DNA from: a virus
Length of the DNA: 64,000 bases
Direction: 5' to 3' (one strand)
Virus record (IMG/VR): IMGVR_UViG_3300023242_000001
Span: 1-64,000 of that record
Shown here piece by piece: positions 35,527 to 45,923 of the stretch. Position 1 is the first letter of the stretch. The number at the start of each line of letters is the position of its first letter. A program made the position numbers and the translations under genes. Below the pieces are notes generated by a model. It had not been told where the DNA came from and made no database searches. It worked only from the letters and a program-made list of their open reading frames with translations.

Positions 35527-36167
35527 CGAAACGAACACTGGAGAACCTAGATGGGGCTGTTTTCGGGGCGTGGACAGTGCTGGCGCGCGTGCCAGGTCTT
35601 TCGACGAGGTGCTCGGCCGTGTGTCGGTGCGGGACGCTCAGGCAGGTGCGGGTCCAGGACCTTCGTAAGGGGGCTAGCCGCTCCTGTGGGTGCCGGGGAG
35701 CTGCGGGTAAGTCGCACGACGCGGGTGCTGACCTGCGCAGGACTCACGGCAAAGACCACGGAGACAAGGTCTACCGAACTTGGAGAAACGCCAAGACCCG
35801 GGTCTCTAACCCCCGCAACCCGAAGCACGAGAGCTACGGAGCGAGGGGAATAGACATGGACCCCACGTGGTTCAACTCCTTCGAGGCATTTCTTGCCGGG
35901 GTTGGGGAGCCACCAGGGCCCGACCTTTCGTTGGACCGCATTGAAAACGATCGGGGCTACTGGCCTGGGAACGTGCGGTGGGCAACGGGGCTGGAGCAGG
36001 CGCGCAACAAGCGCACAACCAGGAGACTTGAGTACCTGGGGGAGCTAAGGCCCCTGGTTGTTTGGTGTGAAGAACTAGGGGTCGGCTACAAGCAGGCCTG
36101 CTACAGGTTCAGCCTGGGCCTCAGCCCTCACGAAATTTTATTTGGAAGGGGCTCAAAGTGCTCGTAA
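35523..36167 (+). CDS. HNH homing endonuclease
   Basis: SCGC, YGARGI, SLDRIEND.GY.PGNVRWAT..Q..N. Confidence 0.85.
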   Translation: MTKRTLENLDGAVFGAWTVLARVPGLSTRCSAVCRCGTLRQVRVQDLRKGASRSCGCRGAAGKSHDAGADLRRTHGKDHGDKVYRTWRNAKTRVSNPRNPKHESYGARGIDMDPTWFNSFEAFLAGVGEPPGPDLSLDRIENDRGYWPGNVRWATGLEQARNKRTTRRLEYLGELRPLVVWCEELGVGYKQACYRFSLGLSPHEILFGRGSKCS

Positions 36168-37225
36168 TCTCAGACACACACATCGGCGTCATCCGCAGCG
36201 GGGGCACCACCCACACGAGCGCCGAGCAGGTCAGGGAGTACCTGCTGCAGAAGTTCGCCGAGCACCTGCTGCTGGCCGACGAGGTGCTCATAAACGGCGA
36301 CCTCTTTGATACCTACAGCATCCCGCTGATTGACCTATTCAGGACCCATCAGATCATCTCTGACTGGCTGGCTGCGGGGGACCGGCGCGTCCACCTTGTT
36401 CCAGGCAACCACTGTCTGAGCAAGAACAGCGAGAACCTGTCCAGCTTCGAGCTCATGGCCCGGCTGCTACAGGCGCGCTTTGGGGAACGGGTGCGCTACC
36501 TGCAGGGCGGCTGTCAAGTCAAGGAGGGCATCTACGTGATCAGCCACGTCAGGAACCAAGACATCTTTGACCATGAGCTCACGCAGGTGCCCGAAGGCAT
36601 GAAGTACCTGCTGCTGCACTGCAATTTCGACTCACCCTTCGCCTGCGACGCCGACAACTCCCTGAATTTATCCCGTGAGCAGGCCAAGGCACTCAAGGCC
36701 CGGGGCATCACGATGGTGCTGGGCCACGAGCACCAGGGTCGTGAGCTACTGGGCGGCAGCGTGATCATCGTAGGCAATCAGGTGCCCTCAAGTGTTTCGG
36801 ATTGCATGTCTCACGGCGACGGCCAGCGAGCGGGCACCAAGCGCGCGCTGATCCTTGAGGACGGTGGGCACCGGTTCACCCAAACCTGGTCCGTCGACGA
36901 CGAGGACGGCTGGTTCGCCCGGGTCGACTGGAAGGAACTGGCCGAGGTCATCGAGGAGGGCCGCGGCTTCATCCGTGTCGAAGGTGAGGCCACCCGCGAC
37001 GAGGCCCCCGCTGTCGTGCGCGCCATTGCCGCGTTTCGTCAGCGCAGCCAGTCCTTCGTCGTCACCAACGCCGTGCACATCGAGCAGGCCGAGGGCTTGG
37101 GGGATCTGGAAGACAGCATCGAAGACGTCCGCACCGTGGACATCATGGCGCTTTTGCTGGAACAACTTGATGAGCGCGAGAGCGCCATCGTACGGGCCTT
37201 GTTGGCCGAGAAGGAAATGACTTGA
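36158..37225 (+). CDS. SbcD/Mre11-like metallophosphoesterase nuclease
   Basis: SDTHIG, GDLFD, GNH, GHEH. Confidence 0.85.
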   Translation: MLVISDTHIGVIRSGGTTHTSAEQVREYLLQKFAEHLLLADEVLINGDLFDTYSIPLIDLFRTHQIISDWLAAGDRRVHLVPGNHCLSKNSENLSSFELMARLLQARFGERVRYLQGGCQVKEGIYVISHVRNQDIFDHELTQVPEGMKYLLLHCNFDSPFACDADNSLNLSREQAKALKARGITMVLGHEHQGRELLGGSVIIVGNQVPSSVSDCMSHGDGQRAGTKRALILEDGGHRFTQTWSVDDEDGWFARVDWKELAEVIEEGRGFIRVEGEATRDEAPAVVRAIAAFRQRSQSFVVTNAVHIEQAEGLGDLEDSIEDVRTVDIMALLLEQLDERESAIVRALLAEKEMT

Positions 37226-38022
37226 ACTACGACTACCAATACGAAATCGCCCTCAACAACATCATGGACCACGGCGACGACCGTGGTGACCGCACAGGCA
37301 CAGGCACGCGAGGCCTGTTCGGCATGCAGCTGAGATGGGACCTTGCCGAGGGCTTCCCCCTCATCACGACGAAGAAGGTATTCATGCGGGGGCTCGTCGA
37401 GGAGCTGCTGTGGATGCTGCGGGGTTGCACCAACAACCACGAGCTCGTGGCCAAGGGCGTGCACATCTGGGACGCCTGGTCCGACATGTTTGGCAATCTC
37501 GGCCCTATCTACGGCGCGCAGTGGCGCTCGTGGAAGGGCAGCGACGGCGAGGTGATCGACCAGATCTCCTGGGTGATCAACGAAATCAAAGCCAACCCGA
37601 ACAGCCGCCGCCTCGTTGTGAGCGCGTGGAATGTTGCGGACCTGCCCAAGATGGCGCTGGCGCCTTGCCACTGCCTGTTCCAGTTCTTCGTGTCCAAGGG
37701 CAAGCTCAGCTGCCAGCTCTACCAGCGAAGCGCTGACATGTTCCTGGGGGTGCCCTTCAACATCGCCAGTTACGCGTTGCTCACCCACATGGTGGCGCAG
37801 CAGTGTGGCCTGCAAGTCGGGCAATTCGTCTGGACCGGCGGCGACTGCCACATCTACAGCAACCACCACGAGCAGGTGAGGGAGCAGCTGAGCAGGCAGG
37901 GCAGCCCGTACCCAACCCTCGCCCTTCGCCCTGCGGCGTCAATCTTCGACTACTCGTTCGAGGACGTGCTGCTCGGAGGGTACAACCCACAACCCGCCAT
38001 CGCCGCGCCGGTGGCCATCTGA
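37222..38022 (+). CDS. thyA: Thymidylate synthase
   Basis: [37 protein letters not shown]. Confidence 0.96.
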   Translation: MNYDYQYEIALNNIMDHGDDRGDRTGTGTRGLFGMQLRWDLAEGFPLITTKKVFMRGLVEELLWMLRGCTNNHELVAKGVHIWDAWSDMFGNLGPIYGAQWRSWKGSDGEVIDQISWVINEIKANPNSRRLVVSAWNVADLPKMALAPCHCLFQFFVSKGKLSCQLYQRSADMFLGVPFNIASYALLTHMVAQQCGLQVGQFVWTGGDCHIYSNHHEQVREQLSRQGSPYPTLALRPAASIFDYSFEDVLLGGYNPQPAIAAPVAI

Positions 38023-38031
38023 TTGAACGAC

Positions 38032-40164
38032 ATGATCAAGACCCTGAAACTCACCAACTTCCGCCAGCACGAAAGCCGCACCGTCAACTTCGGCGCCGGC
38101 CTGTCAGTGTTGCGCGGACGCAACGAAATCGGCAAGACCAGCGTGGCCGAGTCCATCGGCTACGCCCTGTTCGGCGCCAAGGCGCTGCGCGACACGCTCG
38201 ACGGCGTGGTCACCTGGGGCGAGCCCACCGGCTCCCTCAAGGTCGAGCTCACGCTGGACATCGAGGGCGTCGAGTACCTCGTCAAGCGCGGCAAGTCCGG
38301 CGCCGAGATCGTCTACGCCGGCGGCAGCGTCACCGGCCAGACCGAGGTCACCAACTTCGCTGCCAAGCTGCTGCGCGTGGACGCCGCCGCCGCCGCCAAA
38401 CTCACCATGGCGTCCCAGGGCGAAATCCGCGGCGCGCTGGAAGCAGGCACCAAGGCCACCACCGAACTGATCGAGCGACTTGCCGAGTTCAGCCAGCTCG
38501 ACGACCTGATCGAGTTGATCCAGGAGAAGCTCCCACTGGGCAGTGCGGTCGGCGCCGAGAGCGCGATCGCCCAGCTGGAGAGCGACCTTGTCGACGCGCA
38601 GGCCGAGGCGGTGGAGCCTGACCTGGCTGGCATGCCCGAGCGGATCCTGAAGTTGGCCGCTGGCGTTGTCGGCGCCGAGAAGGCTGCGGCCCGCTTGGAG
38701 ACAGCCTACCAGGCGGCGCAGGTGGCGCTGGAAGCAGGCCAGGCTACCGTGGCAGCCCGCGAGCGCCTGGAGGGCAACCTGGCCAGCGCCAAGCGCGTCG
38801 CCGAGCGCTTCCAGGTTGACCGGGAAGACGCTCGATCCGCAGCCAACCAGCGCGCCGCGTTTGCCGAGAGCCAGGAGGCCCTGGAGAAGGAGGCTCAGCA
38901 GTTGAGCCGCGCGCCTGAAGCGCTCGCCGAATTGAAGCGCGCGCAGCCGTTGCTGGTGCGCTACGCGGGTGAACGTGTGGCCGGGTCGCTCACCGCGCTG
39001 CGCGCCGCCGCCGCCGCCGCCGCCTGTGCAGTGGTCAACCACACCCAGCATATCTCAGACATTCGAGTGGCCCTGGCCAGCCTCGCAAGCCAGCTCTCCA
39101 GTGGCACCTGCGGCTTCTGTGGCCAGGACTTCAGCGATTTGCCCGAGGTGGCCAAGAAGAACGCCCAGGTGCAGGTGGAGATTGCGGCGCAGGAGTCAGA
39201 CTTCGACCTGCACACGTCCGCGCAGACCGAGCAGAAGGCAGAGGCCGCGAGGCTCCAGGACCTCGTGAAACTCAGCGCAGCGCTGGACTTCCCGCTGCCC
39301 CAGTGCGTGGAGCGCGAGGATGACTTGTTGCCCCCACACTTTCGCTGGACGGGCTTGAGCGAGGAGTCGCTGACAAAGGCGAAGGACAGGCTCGCCGAAA
39401 TCGCCACCACGCTCGCAGCCATGGCGAAGACCAGGCGCCAGGAGCAGCTTGCCCAGGATCGGTATGCCGAGATCAACGCGCGCGCCGACGGCGTGATGGC
39501 AGCGGTCCGAACTGCTGAAGACGAGCTGCACGACGCCCCAACCGCTGACGTCGAGGGCCTGCGCACCGCGCGCGACAGCCTGCGCACCGAGAGCCGCGAC
39601 GCCGAGCGCGCGGTGAGCGAGGCCAAGTCCGAGGCGGCCCGCGTGCAGGCCGAGATGGTCAGCCTGCAGCAGCGCTACACAGCCGCGCTGGCGCGCGTCG
39701 ATCGCGTCAAGGCTCACATCGCCCAGCGCAAGCTGGAGGTCGCCGCTTTGGCGCTCAACAACGGGCTGCTGAAGAAGGTGCGCGCCGCGCGCCCGGTGAT
39801 CGCAGACAAGCTCTGGAACATCGTGCTGAGCGCCGTCGGCGGGTACTTCAGCGAGATCCGGGGCGAGAAGTCCAGGGTGGGCAAAGACAGCGACGGCTTC
39901 AAGGTGGATGGCCACCCGATCACGTCGTTGTCGGGCTCCACCAAAGACGCCCTCGGCCTTGCCATCCGCGTGGCGCTGGTCAAAACCTTCCTGCCCAACA
40001 CACCGTTCTTGCTGCTCGACGAGCCGTGCGCAGCGATGGACGAGAACCGCACCGGCAACCTGCTGGGCTTCGTGGCGTCCTGCGGCTTCACGCAGGTGAT
40101 CGCCGCCACTCACGACCAGCTGAGCGCCAGCTTCGCTGATCACGTCATTCAACTGGGAGATTGA
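38032..40164 (+). CDS. SbcC/Rad50-like SMC ATPase
   Basis: G.NEIGKT, coiled coil, CGFC hook, LSGS, LLDEP. Confidence 0.88.
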   Translation: MIKTLKLTNFRQHESRTVNFGAGLSVLRGRNEIGKTSVAESIGYALFGAKALRDTLDGVVTWGEPTGSLKVELTLDIEGVEYLVKRGKSGAEIVYAGGSVTGQTEVTNFAAKLLRVDAAAAAKLTMASQGEIRGALEAGTKATTELIERLAEFSQLDDLIELIQEKLPLGSAVGAESAIAQLESDLVDAQAEAVEPDLAGMPERILKLAAGVVGAEKAAARLETAYQAAQVALEAGQATVAARERLEGNLASAKRVAERFQVDREDARSAANQRAAFAESQEALEKEAQQLSRAPEALAELKRAQPLLVRYAGERVAGSLTALRAAAAAAACAVVNHTQHISDIRVALASLASQLSSGTCGFCGQDFSDLPEVAKKNAQVQVEIAAQESDFDLHTSAQTEQKAEAARLQDLVKLSAALDFPLPQCVEREDDLLPPHFRWTGLSEESLTKAKDRLAEIATTLAAMAKTRRQEQLAQDRYAEINARADGVMAAVRTAEDELHDAPTADVEGLRTARDSLRTESRDAERAVSEAKSEAARVQAEMVSLQQRYTAALARVDRVKAHIAQRKLEVAALALNNGLLKKVRAARPVIADKLWNIVLSAVGGYFSEIRGEKSRVGKDSDGFKVDGHPITSLSGSTKDALGLAIRVALVKTFLPNTPFLLLDEPCAAMDENRTGNLLGFVASCGFTQVIAATHDQLSASFADHVIQLGD

Positions 40165-40166
40165 AG

Positions 40167-40403
40167 ATGAGCAACGAAGAGAAAACCGGAGATTTCGTAC
40201 CGAAGTCGCCAGCGTGGACCACTGGCGAGTTGGGTGCTGCCCGGCTTCAACTGGAGGCCGACATCCGCACTCTGCTGAAGGATTTCAGGCGCGAGTTTGG
40301 CCTCACCCCGACATCGGTCGATGTCGACACCTTTGTGGAAGCCCGCGCCTCGGGTGTGCGCTTCACCCACCTGGGGAACGTGAAGGTGGAGGTGTCGCTG
40401 TGA
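40167..40403 (+). CDS. Hypothetical protein
   Basis: ORF after GGAG. Confidence 0.6.
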   Translation: MSNEEKTGDFVPKSPAWTTGELGAARLQLEADIRTLLKDFRREFGLTPTSVDVDTFVEARASGVRFTHLGNVKVEVSL

Positions 40404-40597
40404 GCAACAACACACTGGCACTTTTTGTGGCATCGGCCACCATCATTTGCGTCTGCAGCGCCGCGCTCGCTTACTGGAGCACGGGGCTGGTAAGGGATTT
40501 CGTGAAAACGGTAATTGAGAACAACGAGCGGGAGATCCTGGCGAGGGACAACTACATCAACGAGTTGAAAGATACTTTGCGGAGACTGGGCAAGTGA
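40400..40597 (+). CDS. Small membrane-anchored protein
   Basis: GGAGG RBS, N-terminal TM. Confidence 0.55.
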   Translation: MSNNTLALFVASATIICVCSAALAYWSTGLVRDFVKTVIENNEREILARDNYINELKDTLRRLGK

Positions 40598-40827
40598 CGG
40601 CGCCCGTCATTGACATCTACCTTGACGGCAAGCGGTTTGCCATGCGTACCACCTGGCACCACGTCCCCCGCGTGGGCGACACCCTTCTGCTGCGAGACGG
40701 TGAAGTTTGGGGTGAGGTCGTTACGGTGATCTGGGGCGACGACACGGCCCGCGACTCGGCGCACCTGGAGCGCCAGTGGGTCCAGATCCTGTGCATGTCG
40801 GTTGAACCTGTCGGAGGTAAGTCGTGA
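40594..40827 (+). CDS. Hypothetical protein
   Basis: VPRVGD motif. Confidence 0.6.
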   Translation: MTAPVIDIYLDGKRFAMRTTWHHVPRVGDTLLLRDGEVWGEVVTVIWGDDTARDSAHLERQWVQILCMSVEPVGGKS

Positions 40828-41027
40828 GCAACCTCCTCGCCCTTCTCGACAAGGCCCCTGACCACACCTGGCTGATCCTCACCCTTGCCTGGATCGCCTT
40901 TGTCCTGGTGGTGGCGCTGGCCCACGACCTGCTCCACCAGCTTGTCTCGGCGGCTGCCAGCCGCCTGCGTTACGGGCCCATTTCACGCCCAGAAAAGAAC
41001 CCGGTACCTCCCCGCCCACCAGTGTAA
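40824..41027 (+). CDS. Small membrane protein
   Basis: GGAGG RBS, TM segment. Confidence 0.55.
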   Translation: MSNLLALLDKAPDHTWLILTLAWIAFVLVVALAHDLLHQLVSAAASRLRYGPISRPEKNPVPPRPPV

Positions 41028-41037
41028 GTGGCGGGAA

Positions 41038-41064
41038 AACAACAACAACAACAACAACAAGAAC
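41038..41064 (+). repeat. (AAC)7AAGAAC tract in the excisionase leader
   Basis: Directly visible. Confidence 0.9.
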
Positions 41065-41076
41065 GGAACACCCGTC

Positions 41077-41406
41077 ATGAACCAAGACATTTACACCACG
41101 CAAGAGCTTGCCGAGTTGCTCGGCTGCGCCACCACCACGATCGAGGAGCGCGCCCGCACAGGCGAACTGCCCGGCCTGAAGTTCGGGGACGGTGGCTGGG
41201 TCTTCCCCAGACTTGCCACCGTCGATGCGCTGAACGAGCGAGCCCGCATTGAGGCGGCGTTTCGCGCAGACGCGGCATCGAGCAGCCCTCGCCCGGTGCG
41301 GCTCGGTGGCCGCCCGGTGCTTGACCGCCCCGCCACAGCGCTCACCGAAGAAGTGGTCGCGCGTTTCTCTCGCTCACGGCCTCCGGTCCTCTGGAGCCAA
41401 TCATGA
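41077..41406 (+). CDS. Excisionase-like HTH protein
   Basis: YTTQELAELLG..TI..RARTGELPG.K.G..W. Confidence 0.8.
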   Translation: MNQDIYTTQELAELLGCATTTIEERARTGELPGLKFGDGGWVFPRLATVDALNERARIEAAFRADAASSSPRPVRLGGRPVLDRPATALTEEVVARFSRSRPPVLWSQS

Positions 41407-41732
41407 GCGCGCCATTGGTTGAGGTCCGCGTGGGCGATCTGGTCGCCGCCATGCAGGCAAAGGCGGATCAGCTCGACAAGGAGTTTCGCGACGCCTGCGC
41501 GGCCGACGGGGTCGCGTGCCGCCGGCTGCGCAGGCTCGGCGCCATGTGGGCCAAGCTCACAGGCACCTGGCCCAACACCCACCGGGCGGTGGACGATCGC
41601 ATCGGCCTGCTGCTGGACGACCTGACCGAGTGGCAGCTGGTGTCCTTGTTGATGGGCCCCTGCGCCCGGGCCCAGGTTTCTCGCGCGCTGGTGGTTGAGC
41701 TGACAGAGCACTGGCCGGTGTCGCTGCCATGA
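41403..41732 (+). CDS. Hypothetical protein
   Basis: GGAG RBS, coupled ORF. Confidence 0.55.
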   Translation: MSAPLVEVRVGDLVAAMQAKADQLDKEFRDACAADGVACRRLRRLGAMWAKLTGTWPNTHRAVDDRIGLLLDDLTEWQLVSLLMGPCARAQVSRALVVELTEHWPVSLP

Positions 41733-41971
41733 AGTGGAGCTGCAGACCCCCGACAGGGCCCCAGCCATGGGTCAAGTGGTTCGCCTGGCACCCTGTAGAC
41801 CAAGTGGCGCCCGGCGACAGAAATGATTGGGTCTGGCTGGAGTGGGTGGAGCGCCGAATGTACTACCCGTTCGAGAGCACGACCTCCTGGGCCTCATTTG
41901 TTTACCGCCGGCTGCCTGCAGTCACCGAGGCATCGCCGAGGCCAGCCGAGCGACAAGGTCCTCGCCCCTGA
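41729..41971 (+). CDS. Hypothetical protein
   Basis: WFAWHPV..WVWLEWVERR. Confidence 0.65.
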   Translation: MKWSCRPPTGPQPWVKWFAWHPVDQVAPGDRNDWVWLEWVERRMYYPFESTTSWASFVYRRLPAVTEASPRPAERQGPRP

Positions 41972-43058
41972 TCGAGGCGTAGCGCATAGCCATCCCCAGG
42001 TTGGCCCACCCCATGATCCTGCAGGTCTCGACGTCGCTGAACACCCAGCGCCCGTCGGGGCCTCGCAGCTCAAACCAGCGGCACGCTGCCTCGTGCCTCA
42101 GATCGTGCTCGGTGAAATCCTTCACCCCGGCATAGTCGAACAGCGTCGAGAACCTCGATGACAGATTCGACGTGGCCTTGCGCCGGCCCTCGGCGCTCCC
42201 GTCCCAGTACGGGAACAGCAGGCCCACCCTCCCATCACACCAGACAACGAGCCGCGCGCGCAGTGCCGGCTTTAGCGGCACCACTCGCGGCTTCGCGGCA
42301 CCCCGCCAACCCTTGGAACCAGAGACCCGCAGCACGCCAGCGACAAGGTCCACATCCCGCACATCCATCCGGTAGGCCTCGAACAGGCGCAGGCCGGTGT
42401 CGACGATCAGGTCGAACAGCAGCTCGAAGGCCGGGTCCACGGCCAGCGCGCGCTCGCGCCCCTGCGCCTTGCTCCCCGACAACGCCAACTTCACCGCCGA
42501 CTCCTCGGCCGCCAGCAGGCGCCGGTCCCGCGCCACATCGACCCTGGCCACCGGCGCGTCGCGCGCGCCGTAGGCGCTGTAGCCACGGGGCAGCAACCGA
42601 AACGGGTTCACCTGGTCGCGCCCGGTCGTGCGCCGGTGGTGCCAGTCCACCACGCGCGCCAGCGCGCCGACTCGTTTCCTGATGCTGCCGGGGGCAAGGT
42701 TGGCGTCGGCCTTCATGCCCTTCACCCACGCCTCGACCCATGCGTAAGTCGCATCGGCCAGGCTCATCTGGCCAAGCTCCTTGCGCACCGTGGGCAGCAG
42801 GTCGATATCGGACTGGCTGGGCGTGGCGTGGGTGATGTAGCCGTCGATGACCTTGACCAGCTTCGCGCTCATTGCCGGGCGCGCGGTGTCCTGCGCCATC
42901 TCCAGCGGCACGACGCCGCGCGCGAGCATGCCCTCCAGCTGCACACCGTAGGCATGCGCTTCGTCGTGCGTGTCGAACGTCCAGAAAAAAGGCTTGGGCA
43001 GCAGGGCGTGCTTGACGCGCAGCTGGAACCTGCCGGCTCGCGGCTGAATGCTGGCCAT
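41922..43058 (-). CDS. int: Tyrosine integrase
   Basis: TGLR..E, K, HDLRH, MGW, RY; AAGGAG RBS. Confidence 0.92.
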   Translation of the reverse strand: MASIQPRAGRFQLRVKHALLPKPFFWTFDTHDEAHAYGVQLEGMLARGVVPLEMAQDTARPAMSAKLVKVIDGYITHATPSQSDIDLLPTVRKELGQMSLADATYAWVEAWVKGMKADANLAPGSIRKRVGALARVVDWHHRRTTGRDQVNPFRLLPRGYSAYGARDAPVARVDVARDRRLLAAEESAVKLALSGSKAQGRERALAVDPAFELLFDLIVDTGLRLFEAYRMDVRDVDLVAGVLRVSGSKGWRGAAKPRVVPLKPALRARLVVWCDGRVGLLFPYWDGSAEGRRKATSNLSSRFSTLFDYAGVKDFTEHDLRHEAACRWFELRGPDGRWVFSDVETCRIMGWANLGMAMRYASIRGEDLVARLASAMPR

Positions 43059-43282
43059 GTCGGGCTCCTTGAGTGGGGTCCGATCGTACCCGAGCCGACG
43101 GACTCACAAAAAGTTACACAGAGCGGTGCCGACTCGCACCGACTTCTGGCATCTCCGCAGCGACTCCTGGCGAGCTTTGGCTCCCTGGGCTAGGTTCGCT
43201 CTGGCTCAGGGTCTTTACCAGTGGCAATTTGTCTGCAAGTCTGGTTCTCCACAAACGCCCCTCAAGAGGCATAGGAACCACA

Positions 43283-43897
43283 ATGAAAACAGAGCAGGCC
43301 ACGCCCGGCGAGCTAGCTGCGGCATTCCACTACAACCCCAGGACGGGCGTGATCACGAGGACTACAGGGGAGCGCAGGGGGCGCCCGGTGGGGTTTAAGA
43401 GCCCAAGAGGCTACCTAATTATCAAGTTCCAGGGCAAAGCCTACAGGCACCACCGCGTCGCCTGGGCGCTGGCACATGGCGATTGGCCAGTGCATGAGAT
43501 CGACCACATCAATGGTGTCAAGTCCGATAACCGCCTGATCAACCTGCGCGATGCCACACCGGCGGCCAACAGCCAGAACAAGCGTGAAGCCTACCGCAAC
43601 AGCCGCACCGGATCCCAGGGCGTGACCTTGATGGGTTACGGCGCCTTTCTCTCCCGCATCTTCCGAAACGGGAAGCGCATCTACATCGGCGTCTTCGACA
43701 CGCAGGAAGAAGCCGCAGCAGCCTACAGGGCCAAAAAGCTGGAACTGGATGGGCCAGACCCAACTGACCTTGACGGATCGGTGGGTCCGTCGAGCGGTAG
43801 CATGCTACCGTCTGGTACCGATTTGTGGCCTATTCCTAGCGAACTTTGGGGAATCAGCGAATCACCGCCAACTCCCCAACTCTCACTACATCCTTGA
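43283..43897 (+). CDS. HNH endonuclease with AP2-like domain
   Basis: HRVAW, IDHINGVKSDNRLINLR, YIGVFDTQEEAAAAY; C-terminus runs into the attP arm. Confidence 0.85.
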   Translation: MKTEQATPGELAAAFHYNPRTGVITRTTGERRGRPVGFKSPRGYLIIKFQGKAYRHHRVAWALAHGDWPVHEIDHINGVKSDNRLINLRDATPAANSQNKREAYRNSRTGSQGVTLMGYGAFLSRIFRNGKRIYIGVFDTQEEAAAAYRAKKLELDGPDPTDLDGSVGPSSGSMLPSGTDLWPIPSELWGISESPPTPQLSLHP

Positions 43898-43912
43898 TTT
43901 ACAAGGGAATTT

Positions 43913-43962
43913 TGGAGGCGCGACCCGGAGTCGAACCGGGCTAAAACGGATTTGCAATCCGT
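43913..43962 (-). other. attP core: 3' part of tRNA-Cys(GCA)
   Basis: Anticodon arm ACGGA-TTGCAAA-TCCGT, T arm CCCGG-TTCGACT-CCGGG, TCGCGCC-T-CCA; no 5' acceptor strand or D arm. Confidence 0.88.
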
Positions 43963-44041
43963 CGAGTCCAGTTGCAGCCCAGTAACGGCGCGGGTTCCAG
44001 CGGGTCGAGCCCCCTGCTACCGATGCGCTACTTTGGAGACG

Positions 44042-44479
44042 TCAAATCAGCGCCGGAATCAGCCCGGTGTCTTGCTTGACTTTGGGCAGCAGCGCCGCCA
44101 AGGCGGCAAGCTGAGCAGCCTGTTCCGGGGTGAGTCCACCGCCACCTCCCCCTCCCGAACCTGCAACCGTCGCAAACGCAGCAGATGTGGTCCGGTCCAC
44201 AAACACCCCGGCGGCTGGCACGATGGCTGCGCCGATGTTTCCCGTCACCGTGTAGTTGCCAGCGTTGGGGAAACTGAGCCGGTAGCCGTTGATGTAATCG
44301 ACCGCAGGGAAGAACGCACCGCCCCCCAGAGTCATGACCTTGTACGTGATGATCGGCGGGTACAAGATGCCCTCCGCGCTTTCCTCAAAATCGCGCAGGG
44401 TGGTAGCGTGGGCAACAATGTCGCCGATGCTGACCGTGGACAGCACCAGCCGGTTTTGCCAGTCGATGGAGATTGTCAT
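44042..44479 (-). CDS. Tail-associated hypothetical protein
   Basis: Last gene of the late operon. Confidence 0.65.
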   Translation of the reverse strand: MTISIDWQNRLVLSTVSIGDIVAHATTLRDFEESAEGILYPPIITYKVMTLGGGAFFPAVDYINGYRLSFPNAGNYTVTGNIGAAIVPAAGVFVDRTTSAAFATVAGSGGGGGGGLTPEQAAQLAALAALLPKVKQDTGLIPALI

Positions 44480-45912
44480 TACTCGTCGGCGGTGGCAATG
44501 GCGTTGGTGCCATTGGTTGCGCTGGACCCAGCGGTGAAGGTTGTCTCGAAAGGCTGGAGAGAGCCCCCGGTGCCGCCCTTGCGGACCTTGAGTCGCGCCG
44601 TGAAATCACTCAAGTAGGTGTAGCTCGCCGAACTCTCGGTAGCGTTGGTCACCACTTTGTCGAGGAACGGCACCCAGGCCGGAGAAGCGGCGGCATGGAC
44701 TTGCCCCCAGGTGCCGCTGATCGTGAAGGTGCGGGTCGCCACGTTCACGGCGGTGTACTCGTAGGGGATGCTGTTGACGCGGATGTAGCCGGTCGGCGGG
44801 GTGTCGGCCTTGACCGCTTGGGTGATCACGCATGTGTTGCCGCCAGCGGTTGTCGCGGCGCTCAGCGTGTATTCGTTTGTCAGAAAGCCAGTCCCCAAGT
44901 TGCGCCCGACCAGCACCCGAGCGCCGATCGTGAGGCCTCCGATGCTGATGCCAGCCACCACGGGGTTGGTGACGGTGGTGCCATCATGCGAGACCATCTG
45001 ATACCGCTGGAGGTCTGCCGCGCTGGCCCCCGCGACGTACCAGCCTTGCGCGACAAACCACTTCCCACCGGCAACGACGCCAAACGGCGCGGCCCCGTTG
45101 GGCGTGTACGCAGCTTCCAGCGCACGGTAGCGCCAGCCGGGGGTGCCGTTGATGGTGATGACGCTGGCCTCGTCGCAGATGGCTTGGCAATACTGCGCAA
45201 CCTCGGCAATCGTGCGCCCGCCGGAGAGCGTGATGGTGCCTTTGTAGAGCTTCGAGCCGCTGCCATCTCCCGTGTCCTGGTTCGTGTCGCCCGTGGCGAT
45301 CGTGACCCCCGTCAAAGCCAGGGCGTCCGCAAGACTCAGCGTGGTCCAGTCGGCGGTGGTCTGGGTCGAGATGGCCGCTGGCTGCTCGCCGCCAGCCACA
45401 AGGTTGGCGGCAAAGTCGCCATAGGTCTGGCCAAATTTGCGCGAGAACACCCGCACGTCCCCACTGTCGATCACGGCGGCCGCCTCTCTGCCCTTCACCA
45501 TGATCTGAATGTGCCCGTCTGGCCAGTAGGTCGTGAGCTTGGCGTTGTTCTGCACCACGTACATCGGAGACGCGGCCACCAGCGGAGAGCCGATGGTCTT
45601 CAGCCCGGTGTAGAGCGTGTCGGTGCCGGCCTGCTGGATCGAGCCGAAGTTGATGAACCGCGCCGCTGTGTCGTCGATGTTGTAGCCGTTCAGCAGGTTG
45701 AGCAGCATGGGCTTGATGGCCGAGCGCGGGCCGTCCAGCTTGGACGGGTTGGCCGTCAAGATGCTGAGGTTGTCGCCAGACGTGGAGACGCTGGCGTCGT
45801 CGGCCAGGTCTTGCAGCCACTCGTGGATTGCCAGGACGGAGTACACCGTCGTGCCAGAGGTGTGGCGAATGTCGCCGTTGAGCGCTACCGAGAAGTCGTC
45901 GCCGATGGCCAT
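44479..45912 (-). CDS. Virion structural or tail protein
   Basis: Thr/Gly/Ala-rich, beta-rich, late operon. Confidence 0.65.
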   Translation of the reverse strand: MAIGDDFSVALNGDIRHTSGTTVYSVLAIHEWLQDLADDASVSTSGDNLSILTANPSKLDGPRSAIKPMLLNLLNGYNIDDTAARFINFGSIQQAGTDTLYTGLKTIGSPLVAASPMYVVQNNAKLTTYWPDGHIQIMVKGREAAAVIDSGDVRVFSRKFGQTYGDFAANLVAGGEQPAAISTQTTADWTTLSLADALALTGVTIATGDTNQDTGDGSGSKLYKGTITLSGGRTIAEVAQYCQAICDEASVITINGTPGWRYRALEAAYTPNGAAPFGVVAGGKWFVAQGWYVAGASAADLQRYQMVSHDGTTVTNPVVAGISIGGLTIGARVLVGRNLGTGFLTNEYTLSAATTAGGNTCVITQAVKADTPPTGYIRVNSIPYEYTAVNVATRTFTISGTWGQVHAAASPAWVPFLDKVVTNATESSASYTYLSDFTARLKVRKGGTGGSLQPFETTFTAGSSATNGTNAIATADE

Positions 45913-45923
45913 GGTGTTCGTCC

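Noticed and set aside
37222-38022. Base-modifying thymidylate synthase homologue (hypermodified DNA)
   Set aside because: The canonical dUMP-specific PFN asparagine and other ThyA motifs are intact, and no companion modification genes were recognised
41922-43058. Shufflon or invertase system acting on tail genes
   Set aside because: The HDLRHEA motif resembles Rci-like recombinases, but no inverted cassettes were seen, and the adjacent tRNA-derived attP and xis explain it as an integrase
43913-43990. Functional phage tRNA-Cys gene
   Set aside because: The 5' acceptor strand and D arm are missing; it is an att core
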